Shown one piece after another: positions 27,301 to 36,413 of a stretch of DNA of 64,000 bases; the stretch's first letter is position 1; every line of letters begins with the position of its first letter. The DNA lies in assembly GCA_018052565.1 (NCBI GenBank), contig JAGPNC010000003.1, positions 587 to 64,586 of the forward strand, in the 5' to 3' direction. The DNA is from Candidatus Shapirobacteria bacterium. GTDB taxonomy: Bacteria > Patescibacteriota > Microgenomatia > 0-14-0-10-38-17. A program made the position numbers and the translations under genes. The notes under the pieces were generated by a model. It was not told where the DNA came from. It made no database searches and saw only the letters and a list, made by a program, of their open reading frames with translations.

Positions 27301-27742
27301 GGAAAATTCTGACCTTGATTCTTCGGTTAAACAAAGACTAATCGCGATTATTAAAGATCAGGTCAGTAGATACGGAACCCTACAGTGCGTTGGTTTTATT
27401 CAGGCAATAGAAGGCAGTCTCTTTCCTTCTTGCGGTTCAAGCGCCAGTGATTGGGCCCAAGAAAAATGCTGGCAAAATAATAATTACTATTTCCTAAACA
27501 ACAATATTAGTCTTGTTCAGGAGGGAGACATCGCCGTAACTGCCGGAAGCAGTCCCGGCAGCAGTGGCCATATTGGCTTTATTACTAAAATCTATAGAGA
27601 TGGTAGCGGCAATATCCAAAAACTTCTTTTTGTTTCTGCTTGGGGTGGCGGCCAGGACGGGAATGGTGGTAATATTAATGCGAAGATCGTGCCCTGGGAC
27701 TATTTCACGAGCAGGGGCTATCTTTTTATCCATCGAAAATGA
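24359..27742 (+). CDS. T4SS cell-wall hydrolase, PrgK/VirB1-like (lytic transglycosylase + CHAP domains) with long N-terminal linker and TM segment
   Basis: SLT-like E…GVMQF segment around 26650-26900. A C-terminal CHAP-like Cys/His pair (C…GHIGFI). TM helix near aa 690. Confidence 0.65.
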   Translation: MPDQDKLILSRQTAELLLQGIAFFKENPTAKKWKNLDKDLFIFLCRELCQLPLEEEENFDEYLARAEELLKRIIGEELTAPSLPQNLEELVEAWESFATQKDAQAPPSPRINLPTVEDWIKALKEKRVEEEIAPRVRKALQTTLPHLSQKDQASLGKQISQEIAKSPFFVLPQEEKEAVVQRAVEKSLGEKQIVLGEEQKQALAKAMVTPSLPRKEPKPKETITPPVFKKFQEQIEQVLRTSLETTGKIDEETLAELSPLISGAVASNLPLLSQGELEALSLADKSKIAEGTTTAALGTIGKALVAKGISLSPSQTATLLDQLTITAISNLESLAPVLPENRLPQEKTPETEGTATPILTFLLHPKETATLILNPQTRRSLEALDRDPSLPFSLVLEGEETSRGEQIKNIFLLRGINFQSINLAAPLEEETQALVLAAKGITSADISSAIKAAREENWPAEEIRRLEEIFSRQLKFERDFPGLTQRFFRFRKAKEIISGQKNDQRLPSRPYLKIKSQTSFDTARWKALKIINSFLEKIGLVEKETTVSGKIIQSSKIWYYLQKAFQPVASFWQKTNIGKTIADWLSRQTYHFWQDALGQIRGFSQAGVKKAVQEGTKKGVTKAITWLSTKLAATKLGAALGSIAPGIGNAIGAVAGFLVDLGISFFKKGGEFLEKLTGGQTEAEQKLKVALGPFSFLVSPLAIIVIGAAIIPLLLVFHDSANTQSLFFVSEDGGGGVLPPSSRLILPSLELAEIIKRAAKDICVPEALLLAISRTEAARAWGYSSEEVKLFSTPNWWETPGAPICRGLCYNTCNPGECSQWDPDCAWTNYGGISQEADVRGVMQFELNTFNGYRNELLGILGREPHRCLIPDSIYAAALKIKADSGTDNTQCDDWSDEIVRKVAKAYCGSCDSPNCPNYCDIVLYYYHDYQNSLDIITNPSSNPNGLIAEKIAVIMARCNHDPDGYGFINASTQNAAIGCLENSDLDSSVKQRLIAIIKDQVSRYGTLQCVGFIQAIEGSLFPSCGSSASDWAQEKCWQNNNYYFLNNNISLVQEGDIAVTAGSSPGSSGHIGFITKIYRDGSGNIQKLLFVSAWGGGQDGNGGNINAKIVPWDYFTSRGYLFIHRK

Positions 27743-28380
27743 CCAAATTATTTTCTTTCCTCCGCTCGATAAACAAAACTGCCATCATCGTGGCCATAAT
27801 AATAATTATTATTATGGCCACTTATTTGGCAAATCATTTAGAAGAACCGCTTTCATTAATAGAGACTACCCCCAAGAATAGCCAAGAGAATGTTTCTCTT
27901 GATACTGAGATTATTCTAACCTTTAATCAGCCAATCAATGATCAGCAGCTGCTTATCAGAACAGAACCTTTTTTTGAATATCAAGTCAAGAAGCAAGGAA
28001 ATAAGGCAATAATTATCCCCAGCCATCCCCTTGTTTCTGGCCAGAGATATTATCTCTATATCAGCTATGGCCAAAACAAGGAAGAGCTGGTTTTTTTTAG
28101 CACGATAGAAAAAAGCAGGCAACAGGTTAATCCCAAAACGATCGATGATTCAAAAATTGCCGAAGATATGGACCAATACATAAAAGAGAATTACCCCCTC
28201 CTTGGAGTCACCCCTAAAAAAACAGCTAACTGGACTGCCGATTATCTTAGCAAAAAGAAATTAATTATTACCTATAAAAAAGGCCTTTATCCAGAAACCA
28301 TTAGGCAAGAAGTCTTTGCTTGGATAAAAAGCTTCGGGCTTGATCCAAACAGCCACGAATATATCTGGGAGGAAAAATAG
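27739..28380 (+). CDS. hypothetical membrane-anchored protein (paralog family with the next two genes)
   Basis: N-terminal TM. The C-terminal W-x-x-S-x-G-L motif is shared with 28791 and 29308. Confidence 0.45.
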   Translation: MTKLFSFLRSINKTAIIVAIIIIIIMATYLANHLEEPLSLIETTPKNSQENVSLDTEIILTFNQPINDQQLLIRTEPFFEYQVKKQGNKAIIIPSHPLVSGQRYYLYISYGQNKEELVFFSTIEKSRQQVNPKTIDDSKIAEDMDQYIKENYPLLGVTPKKTANWTADYLSKKKLIITYKKGLYPETIRQEVFAWIKSFGLDPNSHEYIWEEK

Positions 28381-28790
28381 ATAAACAAGGTAATGTTTAA
28401 AAATAGCTACTAGTAATGTTAAAGTAGCGGCGATAGCCGGAATAAAATCCAAAAGATGTTCCGGGAAAAAAGTCTTGAAGGGCCAAAAAAAGAAAACTAA
28501 GTTATAAAAATTTTGGGTTATGAGTTCAGGCTAAGGCTTACACCTGAGGCCATATTCGCCGACCCATGGGGCACCAAAAAAGGAGTATGCCCGAAGCAAA
28601 ACTATCTTAATAGCATAGAATGTTTCTTTGGCTGCTTACTCCGGGGAGAAACCGGAAGAGAAAAACTGCCCCTCTATCTAGCCAAACAACATTTATATCT
28701 ATTAAGATATAATGATAAAGACTTAACAGCCAAAGAATAGAGTGGAAAATTATTAAATTCAGCGGCCAATATTTGGCCTTACCCTAAAAT

Positions 28791-29258
28791 ATGAAAAGAA
28801 ATAATCTTTTTCTTGTTATCATCTTAGTCTTTGGAGTTGCTTTCTTATTCCTCAGGCAATTTATTGTCCAAACCGAAGAGGAAAATTCTTTATTCGAAAA
28901 AGATTACCACTCCATCTCGCCCACGAAAGAAGTTATTTCGCCCACGAAAGAAGTTATTTCGCCCACGAAAGAAGTTATTTCGCCCACGAAAGAAGTTATT
29001 TCGCCCACGAAAGAAGTTATTTCGCCCACAGAAGAAGAAATAGACTATCTCCAAAAAGAAAAACTCATAAGCCTTCTTCCTGTTAGAAAGTCAGATTTTG
29101 ATATGGAATATCTAGCTCAAGATAACGTCTTTATTGTTTTGATCTCCGCCAATGACTTCAATGCCGGAAAAAGAAAAGCAATCAGTTGGCTGGAAAGCCA
29201 AGGCATTAGTAACTGGGAAAAATTACCTCTTATCTGGGGAAAAAAGGGAGGATTTTAA
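28791..29258 (+). CDS. hypothetical membrane-anchored protein containing 6x SPTKEVI heptad repeats
   Basis: N-terminal TM, a tandem 21-bp coding repeat, and a C-terminal domain paralogous to 29308. Confidence 0.5.
   Translation: MKRNNLFLVIILVFGVAFLFLRQFIVQTEEENSLFEKDYHSISPTKEVISPTKEVISPTKEVISPTKEVISPTKEVISPTEEEIDYLQKEKLISLLPVRKSDFDMEYLAQDNVFIVLISANDFNAGKRKAISWLESQGISNWEKLPLIWGKKGGF
28917..29042. repeat. 6 x 21-bp perfect tandem repeat (tcgcccacgaaagaagttatt), last unit degenerate
   Basis: Read directly. It lies in frame within CDS 28791-29258, encoding (SPTKEVI)x5 plus SPTEEEI. Confidence 0.9.
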
Positions 29259-29307
29259 AAAGCAAAACCATAAAATATCTTTTCGTTAAAAGCAAAAAAC
29301 TTTTAAT

Positions 29308-29724
29308 ATGGGAAAAAGAAAAAATACTCTTCTTTTAATTTGTTTTTTATCTTTTTTAAGTTGTTTGCTGATATTTGGCCGGATTTATTCTATCCGTGAG
29401 AAAGGCGAGATTCCCTCGCCTGCACAAACCAAAACGTCTGGGCAAACATTATTTCTTGACGCTATCCCCTCACCGTCGCCTTCTGCCCCTCCGGTCACCA
29501 ATACTACTAAAAGCTATTTAAAACAAAAAGTTATCAATCTTCTGCCGATAACAACCGAAGATTTCATTATTGAATACTCGCCTGACACCGACATATTCTT
29601 TATTATCGCCACTCATCAGCCAAAAGAATTATGTTACCAAAGAGCTGAAGATTGGCTTAGACAACAAGGATTAACAAATCTGGCAGAAATTAATATCATT
29701 AAGAAGGAAGTAGGAGAAAAATAA
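29308..29724 (+). CDS. hypothetical membrane-anchored protein (paralog of 28791)
   Basis: Same architecture as 28791. The C-terminal segments LLPITTEDFIIEYSPDTDIFFIIATHQ…WLRQQGLTNL parallel LLPVRKSDFDMEYLAQDNVFIVLISAND…WLESQGISNW. Confidence 0.5.
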   Translation: MGKRKNTLLLICFLSFLSCLLIFGRIYSIREKGEIPSPAQTKTSGQTLFLDAIPSPSPSAPPVTNTTKSYLKQKVINLLPITTEDFIIEYSPDTDIFFIIATHQPKELCYQRAEDWLRQQGLTNLAEINIIKKEVGEK

Positions 29725-29735
29725 AAAAGGAGCAG

Positions 29736-30842
29736 TCATTCTTCCTGAAGTCTTACCGGCATAATCACATGAGAAAAAGAGTCACTTTTGGGAAAATAAA
29801 AAAGAGCGGGTGATAAAGAATCGTTTAACGTTATCGCCAGCGACTCTTCTTCGCTTGCCTCAACTAAATCCAACAAAAAACGAAAGTTAAAAGCGATTTT
29901 TTGCTTCGGCCCGGCAACTTGCGCCTCAAGCCTGCTCTTGTTTTCCCCTACCTGAGGAGAATTAGCGGTAATAACCAACTCATTCTCTTTTGCCTCAAGC
30001 TTCACGATGTTGGCCGATTCGCGGGCAAAAATGGCCGCCATTTTTATGGCCCGCCGAAAATCCTCTTTTTCTAAAACTACTTTTGTCTTCCCTTCCTTAG
30101 GAATTACCTCCTCAATATTGGGAAAACTGCCTTCTAAAAGTCTTGAAGAAAGCTCAATATTGGGGAGAAAAAAAACCGCCTGCTTTTCCTCATTTGAAAG
30201 GCCCATTTCCACCTCTTCTTGGTCAGTTTTAACCCGACTAACTTCTGCCAAGGCATTCGCCGGCACAATAAAGCTTTGTTCCCCAAAGGAAGAAGCAAAA
30301 ACAACCCTTTTTAAAGAAAGCCGATAGCCATCGGTGGCGGCCAACTGGCATTCTTTACCTCTAATTTTGAACTGAACTCCTCCCAAAACCGGCCGGCTCT
30401 CATCATTAGTGGCGGCAAAAATAGTCTCCCGGATAGCCTGATTTAAGGCGGTAGTTTTAAAACTTATCTTCGAGGAAGAAATGGTTGAGATTTGGGGAAA
30501 TTCTTCCGCAGGCATTATCGGAAAAAGCGCCTGAAAACCGCCACAGGCAACCTCTAAGCCTTCTTTTTTTAAAAAAAGATCCACCTTCCCGGCCGGCGGC
30601 AAAGAGTTAACAAATTCCAAAAAAGGACGAGCCAAAACGGTTGTTTTTCCCTCATTTTCAATTTTGGCACCTACAAAATAGTTAATTCCCATTTCCAAGT
30701 TAGTAGCCGAGATTTTCAGTCGATTTTTTTCCGTGGCTAAAAGAATATTTCCCAATACCGGTAGTGTTGGCCTTGCGGGAAGAAAACGAAAAACAGTATT
30801 TAAGGCAGAGCTTAGGTTTTCTTGAAGAAGGGTAAGTTTCAT
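29736..30842 (-). CDS. dnaN: DNA polymerase III beta sliding clamp
   Basis: The N-terminus (MKLTLLQENLSSALNTV…TLPVLGNILL) and the length are typical. The gene lies immediately downstream of dnaA. Confidence 0.85.
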   Translation of the reverse strand: MKLTLLQENLSSALNTVFRFLPARPTLPVLGNILLATEKNRLKISATNLEMGINYFVGAKIENEGKTTVLARPFLEFVNSLPPAGKVDLFLKKEGLEVACGGFQALFPIMPAEEFPQISTISSSKISFKTTALNQAIRETIFAATNDESRPVLGGVQFKIRGKECQLAATDGYRLSLKRVVFASSFGEQSFIVPANALAEVSRVKTDQEEVEMGLSNEEKQAVFFLPNIELSSRLLEGSFPNIEEVIPKEGKTKVVLEKEDFRRAIKMAAIFARESANIVKLEAKENELVITANSPQVGENKSRLEAQVAGPKQKIAFNFRFLLDLVEASEEESLAITLNDSLSPALFYFPKSDSFSHVIMPVRLQEE

Positions 30843-31269
30843 TGTTTAAGTTTTTAGATTATATCTTTATGGTATTAGTTTTAGTAGGGAATGTCAATAA
30901 GTGGATTGGGCTTTAGGTTGACTTGACAATTAATGTTGTTTATTTATTTTTACCTGTTTTTTCCGCTTATTTTTTTTCTAATGCCTTGTATTTCCTTTTT
31001 ATTTTTGGGTTTTTTTAGTGAGAAAAAACAGGGGCAAGAAAAGGTTTTTTGTGGAAAAAAATAAGTCCGCTGTTGAAAACTAAAAATAAACTTTTCCACA
31101 ACTAATTTTTGTTTTCGACTAATAATGACTATTCTAACGGAACCATTTTAGCTAAATCAATTAAAACTGGTGTCAACTTATAAGTTGAAATTCAAAATTC
31201 AAAAGTCAAAATTTAAAATTGCAAGTTAAAAGTTAAAAGTTTTTTTGCTTTACTTTTGGATTTTGACTT
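30843..31269. other. oriC: putative chromosomal replication origin (dnaA-dnaN intergenic) with DnaA-box-like 9-mers
   Basis: TGTGGAAAA at 31050-31058 and TTTTCCACA at 31092-31100 are each 8/9 matches to TGTGGATAA/TTATCCACA. A third box lies at 32671-32679, upstream of dnaA. AT-rich tracts are present. Confidence 0.5.
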
Positions 31270-31270
31270 T
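31190..31270. repeat. AT-rich palindromic spacer element (upstream of dnaA start)
   Basis: gaaattcaaaattcaaaagtcaaaatttaaaattgcaagttaaaagttaaaagttttt, mirrored by ttttggattttgacttttaa. Confidence 0.75.
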
Positions 31271-32613
31271 TAATTATTAGCCCCTATCTCTTTTCTAATT
31301 TCTACCACGTGGTGGCGGATGGTTTCATTGGTGGTAAATTCCTGGTTAATTTTTTCAATCGCATGGATAACGGTGCTGTGGTCGCGATTGCCCAAAAGTT
31401 CGCCAATTTTCATTAGCGGTAAGTTTAGATCTTTTCTTAAAAGATACATGGCAATGTGGCGGGCGTTAACTAACTCCGCCTTTCGGCTTTTCCCGCAAAG
31501 ATCGCGGATTTTAAAAGAAAACTCTTTGGCGGTTTGGGAAAGAACTTTGCGGGGGGTAATTTTAATAAGGTTTTTTTGGGGACGGCCGTAAAACTTGCTG
31601 GCAAAATCTAAGGTCAGGGGAGTATTTTCCGCTAAAGCCCGGGTTTTAAGTTGGAGAAGAGCCCCCTCAAGCTCACGGGCATTGCTTTCAATGGTTTGGG
31701 CCAAAAAAGAAAGCACTTCCTCGTGAACGGCAAAACCTTTTTCCCTGGCCTTTTGCTTTAAGATCGCCAGGCGCATTTCGTAGTCCGGCGGCTGGATGTC
31801 AACGGTTAGGCCGCCCATAAAACGAGAGGTAAGACGATTCTCTAGGGGTTGGATTTCCTCGGGCCGCCGGTCTGAGGTTAAAACCACTTGCCGGCCGGCT
31901 AAATAAAGATAGTTGAAGGTATGGAAGAACTCCTCTTGGGAATATTCTTTGCCGGCAATAAATTGGATATCGTCAATTAATAAAACATCAACTTGGCGAT
32001 ATTTTCTTTTAAAGCTGGTTATTGTTTTGCTTTGCAAGGCGGCCACTAACTCATTAGTGAAAGTTTCCGCGGTCGCGTAAAGAATGTTAAGGTTAGGATG
32101 TTTTTCGGCGATGGCGTTGCCAATGGCTTGAATTAAATGGGTTTTGCCTACCCCTACTCCACCCCAAACAAAAAAGGGGTTATAGGCTTGGCCGGGGTTT
32201 TCAACGATGGCTTGGGCGGCAGCATGGGCAAAATTATTGGAAGAACCAACCACAAAGGAGGAAAAATTATAATAGGGGAGCAGGCCGGTTTTAGGATTAA
32301 AACTCTCTTTTCTTTCTTTTTTTTCAAAAAGCGGCCCTATTTTAACGGGCGTTTTTTTAGGACGCTGGCTAATAGTAAAGACGAGACTATTTTTTTCTCC
32401 CGTTTGGCGGTCCAAAATTTCTTTAATTAAAGAGTAATAGCGGCTTTCAACTAGCTCTTGAAGGTAGGCGCTGGGGCAGCCAATGGTGGCGACATTATTT
32501 TCAAGCGATAAAAGTTGGGTTTGGGAGAGCAAGGCCTGATAATTAGTTTTGGAAACAGCAATTTTCAACTCTTCCTGGATATTTTCCCAAAGGGCGTTTT
32601 GATTCATTTTCAA
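31270..32613 (-). CDS. dnaA: chromosomal replication initiator protein DnaA
   Basis: AAA+ Walker A GGVGVGKTHL, LLIDDIQF, and a C-terminal DnaA-box-binding HTH (VNARHIAMYLLR). Confidence 0.9.
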   Translation of the reverse strand: MKMNQNALWENIQEELKIAVSKTNYQALLSQTQLLSLENNVATIGCPSAYLQELVESRYYSLIKEILDRQTGEKNSLVFTISQRPKKTPVKIGPLFEKKERKESFNPKTGLLPYYNFSSFVVGSSNNFAHAAAQAIVENPGQAYNPFFVWGGVGVGKTHLIQAIGNAIAEKHPNLNILYATAETFTNELVAALQSKTITSFKRKYRQVDVLLIDDIQFIAGKEYSQEEFFHTFNYLYLAGRQVVLTSDRRPEEIQPLENRLTSRFMGGLTVDIQPPDYEMRLAILKQKAREKGFAVHEEVLSFLAQTIESNARELEGALLQLKTRALAENTPLTLDFASKFYGRPQKNLIKITPRKVLSQTAKEFSFKIRDLCGKSRKAELVNARHIAMYLLRKDLNLPLMKIGELLGNRDHSTVIHAIEKINQEFTTNETIRHHVVEIRKEIGANN

Positions 32614-32695
32614 AAGAAAAAAGAAAAAGGAGCTTTAACGAAGGCAGGCAACTATACTAATAATAGCAAGTTTTCCACAATTTTCAAGGGGATTT

Positions 32696-33022
32696 TTAAA
32701 GGAGCTCTACCCCTAAGATTATTTCCAAAAGGCGGACAATCCAGTAGCTTAAAAAGATGATTAAAAAACCAATTAGGGCGTTGGTGATTTGGCCCTGGGC
32801 CTTTTTGGCGGCCTCTTCGTTGCCGGCCGCGGTAAGATAATTGAATCCGCCGATTAAAAGATAGACAAAAGTGGCAATACCGGCAAGGGGGAAAACATAA
32901 ACAAGAAGGCGGGAAATGATATCGCCGATAGTGCCCCAGTCTTTAATGGGGGGGTTGTCAACGACAGTCGGCAGATCGATATCTTTGTACTTGGGAATGG
33001 TGATATTATCAACAAGTTTCAT
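32696..33022 (-). CDS. TrbC/VirB2-family pilin-like protein (paralog 7)
   Basis: GGFNYLTAAGNEEAAKKAQGQITNALIGFLIIFLSYWIVRLLE. Confidence 0.6.
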   Translation of the reverse strand: MKLVDNITIPKYKDIDLPTVVDNPPIKDWGTIGDIISRLLVYVFPLAGIATFVYLLIGGFNYLTAAGNEEAAKKAQGQITNALIGFLIIFLSYWIVRLLEIILGVELL

Positions 33023-33170
33023 GGCGGAAAGTCACCGAATTAATAGTTAAATTGTCCTCTTGTTAAATTATTCAATTGCTACGGGTGTTTATGCCAGGGT
33101 GATGGCGTGTTGGCCATTTATTTTATTTCTATTTTGCAATTTTTATACTTAATACATAATAATTAATACT

Positions 33171-34253
33171 CTATTCTAGCCCCGGCAGGCCCAGAATATC
33201 AACTCCGATTAGGCGCAGGAGGAACAAAGAGAGAATAACAAAAATTAAGCCGGTAATGGCGGAAGTAATTGTTTCTTTGGCCCCCTGGATTTTTTGGGGA
33301 TCGCCAGAGGAGATTATTATTTGGATACCGGAGAAAACAATTAAGCCAAAAACGGCCAGCCCGCCGAAACCTAAAAGATAGGGAAAAAGCCACTTTACTA
33401 AATTCATGGGATCGGTGGGGATACAGCCGAAAGCGGTCCAGGCATTGCCATTACTGAAGCAATTACTGCAGGCCTCGTCGCCTTGGCAAATATCGTACAC
33501 TTCCGTGTCGGGCCCTCCTATTTGGGGCTGGCCAATATACCCCGGATTTTCTGCGTTAGGGCCGACAAAGACATGAATGGAGCAAGCAAGATAATTCGTT
33601 GCGCCGCCGCCAGCAAGACTGTAAAGACGAAAGTAATAACTACCACTGAGTTTTGGCTCAAGAGAAACGGCGCTTTTATTTTTCTCGAAACGATCTTCAT
33701 TATTATCAGGCTTGGCGACTTTTATTTGAAAATCTCCCTGGGGAATAACGTCGCTAATATTAGTGACTTTAACATCGATCCTTGTGTTTTTAAAAGGTTT
33801 GTCGGGGGTAATTTCCCACTTACAATTTGTGCTGGGCTTAATGCTAATATCCCCTTCGCAAATGTTTGTTCCGTCTGAATATTCGAGTTTTATTTTATAA
33901 TCTCCAATATAAGTAAAATTGTGGATAACCTCTAAAATTTTGCCTTCTTTTGCTTTTTCCGAAATATCAACGTTAGGAATTGCCCCGCCCCCATCAATAC
34001 TAATTTGATATTCTTCTTCCTTAACGATTTGCTCGCTTCTTATGGTTAAAGTATTATTGCCTAACCGGCCGGGGCTAACTGTTACTGAAGAACAAGAATT
34101 TGCCGCTATTGCCGTCCCGGGATAGCTTAAATAAAAACGAAAGAAAATGGCGAAAATTAAAAGGAGAGGAAGGATTTTTTCTTTTTTCATTTTATTAATA
34201 CTAAATTTAGTTTTTACCCTATCGGGGGATATCCTAATAGTTGTACATATCAT
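33171..34253 (-). CDS. secreted beta-rich protein fused to C-terminal TrbC/VirB2-like pilin module
   Basis: Signal peptide. The C-terminal 80 aa (IISSGDPQKIQGAKETITSAITGLIFVILSLFLL) match the pilin paralogs. Confidence 0.5.
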   Translation of the reverse strand: MICTTIRISPDRVKTKFSINKMKKEKILPLLLIFAIFFRFYLSYPGTAIAANSCSSVTVSPGRLGNNTLTIRSEQIVKEEEYQISIDGGGAIPNVDISEKAKEGKILEVIHNFTYIGDYKIKLEYSDGTNICEGDISIKPSTNCKWEITPDKPFKNTRIDVKVTNISDVIPQGDFQIKVAKPDNNEDRFEKNKSAVSLEPKLSGSYYFRLYSLAGGGATNYLACSIHVFVGPNAENPGYIGQPQIGGPDTEVYDICQGDEACSNCFSNGNAWTAFGCIPTDPMNLVKWLFPYLLGFGGLAVFGLIVFSGIQIIISSGDPQKIQGAKETITSAITGLIFVILSLFLLRLIGVDILGLPGLE

Positions 34254-34446
34254 AGCAAAAAAGAGGAAATTTTGGTAGGATGGAAAAGAAAGTCAAAAGC
34301 CAAAAGTCAGAAGTTAAAAATAATAAACAGAATAAATTACTATTAGCAGTTGGGGATTGGTAATTGGTAGTTAGGGAAAAACATTCTCCCCAATTTCTAA
34401 CTACCATCTACTAACTACTATCTTATCTTAATAGTATCGTTTTACC

Positions 34447-36150
34447 ATGAAAAAATCTTTAAAATTGGTCATGGCGGCCGTTGTTTTCTCTCTCCCTTTT
34501 TATTTTACCTCTTTTTTTCCTCTTTTGGCGCAAAGCAACGAGGAGATTGAAAAAGAACTGGCGGCAATTGCCGAATCCTTACGGCTTTTGGAAATTGCCG
34601 AAAAGCCTTTGAAAGAAGAGCTTTCCCAGTTACGGGCAAAACTTGCCGATATTGAGAAAAGAATTAGTAATGTTTCTGTCAGCATTGACCGCCTTGAGGA
34701 AAGCATTAAAGAAAGAAGCCAAGAACTTGCTTATCAAAAAATGCTTTTTAATCAAAGGGTGCGAAACCAGTATATAAAACAGCGTTCTTCTTCTCCCCTG
34801 CTTCTTTTTTTGGCAACCGATGAGGCCATTGATTTAACTCAGGAAGTTTGGGCTAACCGGATGGTGGCCCGCCGCGATCAGGAAGAATTAATTGAAATTG
34901 CCCAAAATTTACTGGCCTTACAAAAAGACAAGGAATTTTTGGAAAAAGAGAAAGTTAATTTAGCGGGGGTAAAAAAAACTTTTGCCTCGCGGGCCCAATT
35001 TTTGGAAGGAGAGATTAAAGGCGCCGAAAGCTACCGGGCCCAACTTACTGCCCGGCAAAAAGAGTTAATTGCCAAGAAGTTAGCCAGCCTTAATTTACCC
35101 ACCAGCCTTGGCGCCGGGCCGCTTTATTGTGTAGACGATCGGATAGTTGACCCGGGCTTCCGGCCCGCCTTTGCTTTTTTTACTTTTGGTATTCCCCATC
35201 GGGTAGGAATGAATCAATATGGAGCTTTGGGACGGGCTAAAGCCGGCCAGAATTATCACCAGATTTTAGAAAGCTATTTTGCCGGAGTTGGCTTTGAGAA
35301 AAGAGACCCAAACACGAGGATTAAGGTTCAGGGTTATGGAGAGATGGCTTTGGATGATTATCTTTTGGGAATTTATGAAATGCCCGGCAATTGGCCGCTT
35401 GAGGCATTAAAAGCGCAGGTAGTGGCGGCTCGTTCTTACGCGCTCGCCTATACCGATAATGGCGCTAAGGAAATTTGTACCACCCAGGCTTGTCAGGTTT
35501 ATAAGGGCGGCAATAAAGGAGGCGATTGGGAGAAGGCGGTGCGGGAAACCGCGGGCGAGGTGATGGTTTTGGGCGGGCGGGTAATTACTGCCTGGTATGC
35601 CTCGACGGCCGGCGGTTATACTTATCGTTCTTCTGATGTGGGCTGGCAGGATCGGTCTTGGACAAAAAGAATGCAAGATACTACTTCTTCGGCAGGCAGC
35701 TTTGGGGAGCTAATGGAGAAAGCGTATGACCGGGAGTCGCCTTGTTTCTACTCCGCCCAGGGTTGGCGGGCGCAGTACAACAAATCGGCTTGGCTTAAGG
35801 CAGATGAGGTGGCGGACATTGTTAACGCGATTCTTTTGGCCAAGGCCGATAGTGACACCCAGGACCGTCTTTACCAGCCCGATAAGCCTCATCCTTACGG
35901 GGGCGAGGTTTGGAATCAGGAAAGAGTGAAACAGGAATTGCGGCAGAGAGGGATTGCCCCCTTTAATCGGATAGATAACGTCTCTGTTAGTGGTGTTGAT
36001 TGGGGATTGGGGAAAACCACCTCGATTAGTTTTTCCGGCGACGGCGGAAATATTTCTTTCTCCGGTGATGAATTTAAGGATTTTTTTAATCTCCGCGCGC
36101 CGGCCAATATCCAAATTGTCGGCCCTCTTTTTAATATTGAGAAAAAATGA
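34447..36150 (+). CDS. SpoIID/LytB-domain protein with N-terminal coiled coil
   Basis: VGMNQYGALGRAKAGQNYHQILESYF is a SpoIID signature. Signal/TM at the N-terminus. Confidence 0.7.
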   Translation: MKKSLKLVMAAVVFSLPFYFTSFFPLLAQSNEEIEKELAAIAESLRLLEIAEKPLKEELSQLRAKLADIEKRISNVSVSIDRLEESIKERSQELAYQKMLFNQRVRNQYIKQRSSSPLLLFLATDEAIDLTQEVWANRMVARRDQEELIEIAQNLLALQKDKEFLEKEKVNLAGVKKTFASRAQFLEGEIKGAESYRAQLTARQKELIAKKLASLNLPTSLGAGPLYCVDDRIVDPGFRPAFAFFTFGIPHRVGMNQYGALGRAKAGQNYHQILESYFAGVGFEKRDPNTRIKVQGYGEMALDDYLLGIYEMPGNWPLEALKAQVVAARSYALAYTDNGAKEICTTQACQVYKGGNKGGDWEKAVRETAGEVMVLGGRVITAWYASTAGGYTYRSSDVGWQDRSWTKRMQDTTSSAGSFGELMEKAYDRESPCFYSAQGWRAQYNKSAWLKADEVADIVNAILLAKADSDTQDRLYQPDKPHPYGGEVWNQERVKQELRQRGIAPFNRIDNVSVSGVDWGLGKTTSISFSGDGGNISFSGDEFKDFFNLRAPANIQIVGPLFNIEKK

Positions 36151-36189
36151 GATATAATAAAAGAAAATAGTTAAGTTGTTAAATAGCGG

Positions 36190-36310
36190 AAATGATCAAA
36201 AATTTAAAAGTTAAAAGTCAAAAGTTCCCGCCCAAGGCGGATCCGCCTCTGGCGGAAAAATTGCAAGTTAAAATTAAAAATTTTGGATTTTGAATTGTCA
36301 TTTTGCATTT
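36190..36310. repeat. composite spacer with short GC core (36226-36255, inverted orientation)
   Basis: gttcccgcccaaggcggatccgcctctggcgga between aaaagtcaaaagt arms. Confidence 0.75.
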
Positions 36311-36413
36311 TGACTTTTGATTTTTGAATTTAATTAAAAAACACATTTTGATTGGTAGTAATTGATGAGTAATCACGATTTTTGTCAAGGGGGATAATTT
36401 ACCGTTAATTTTT

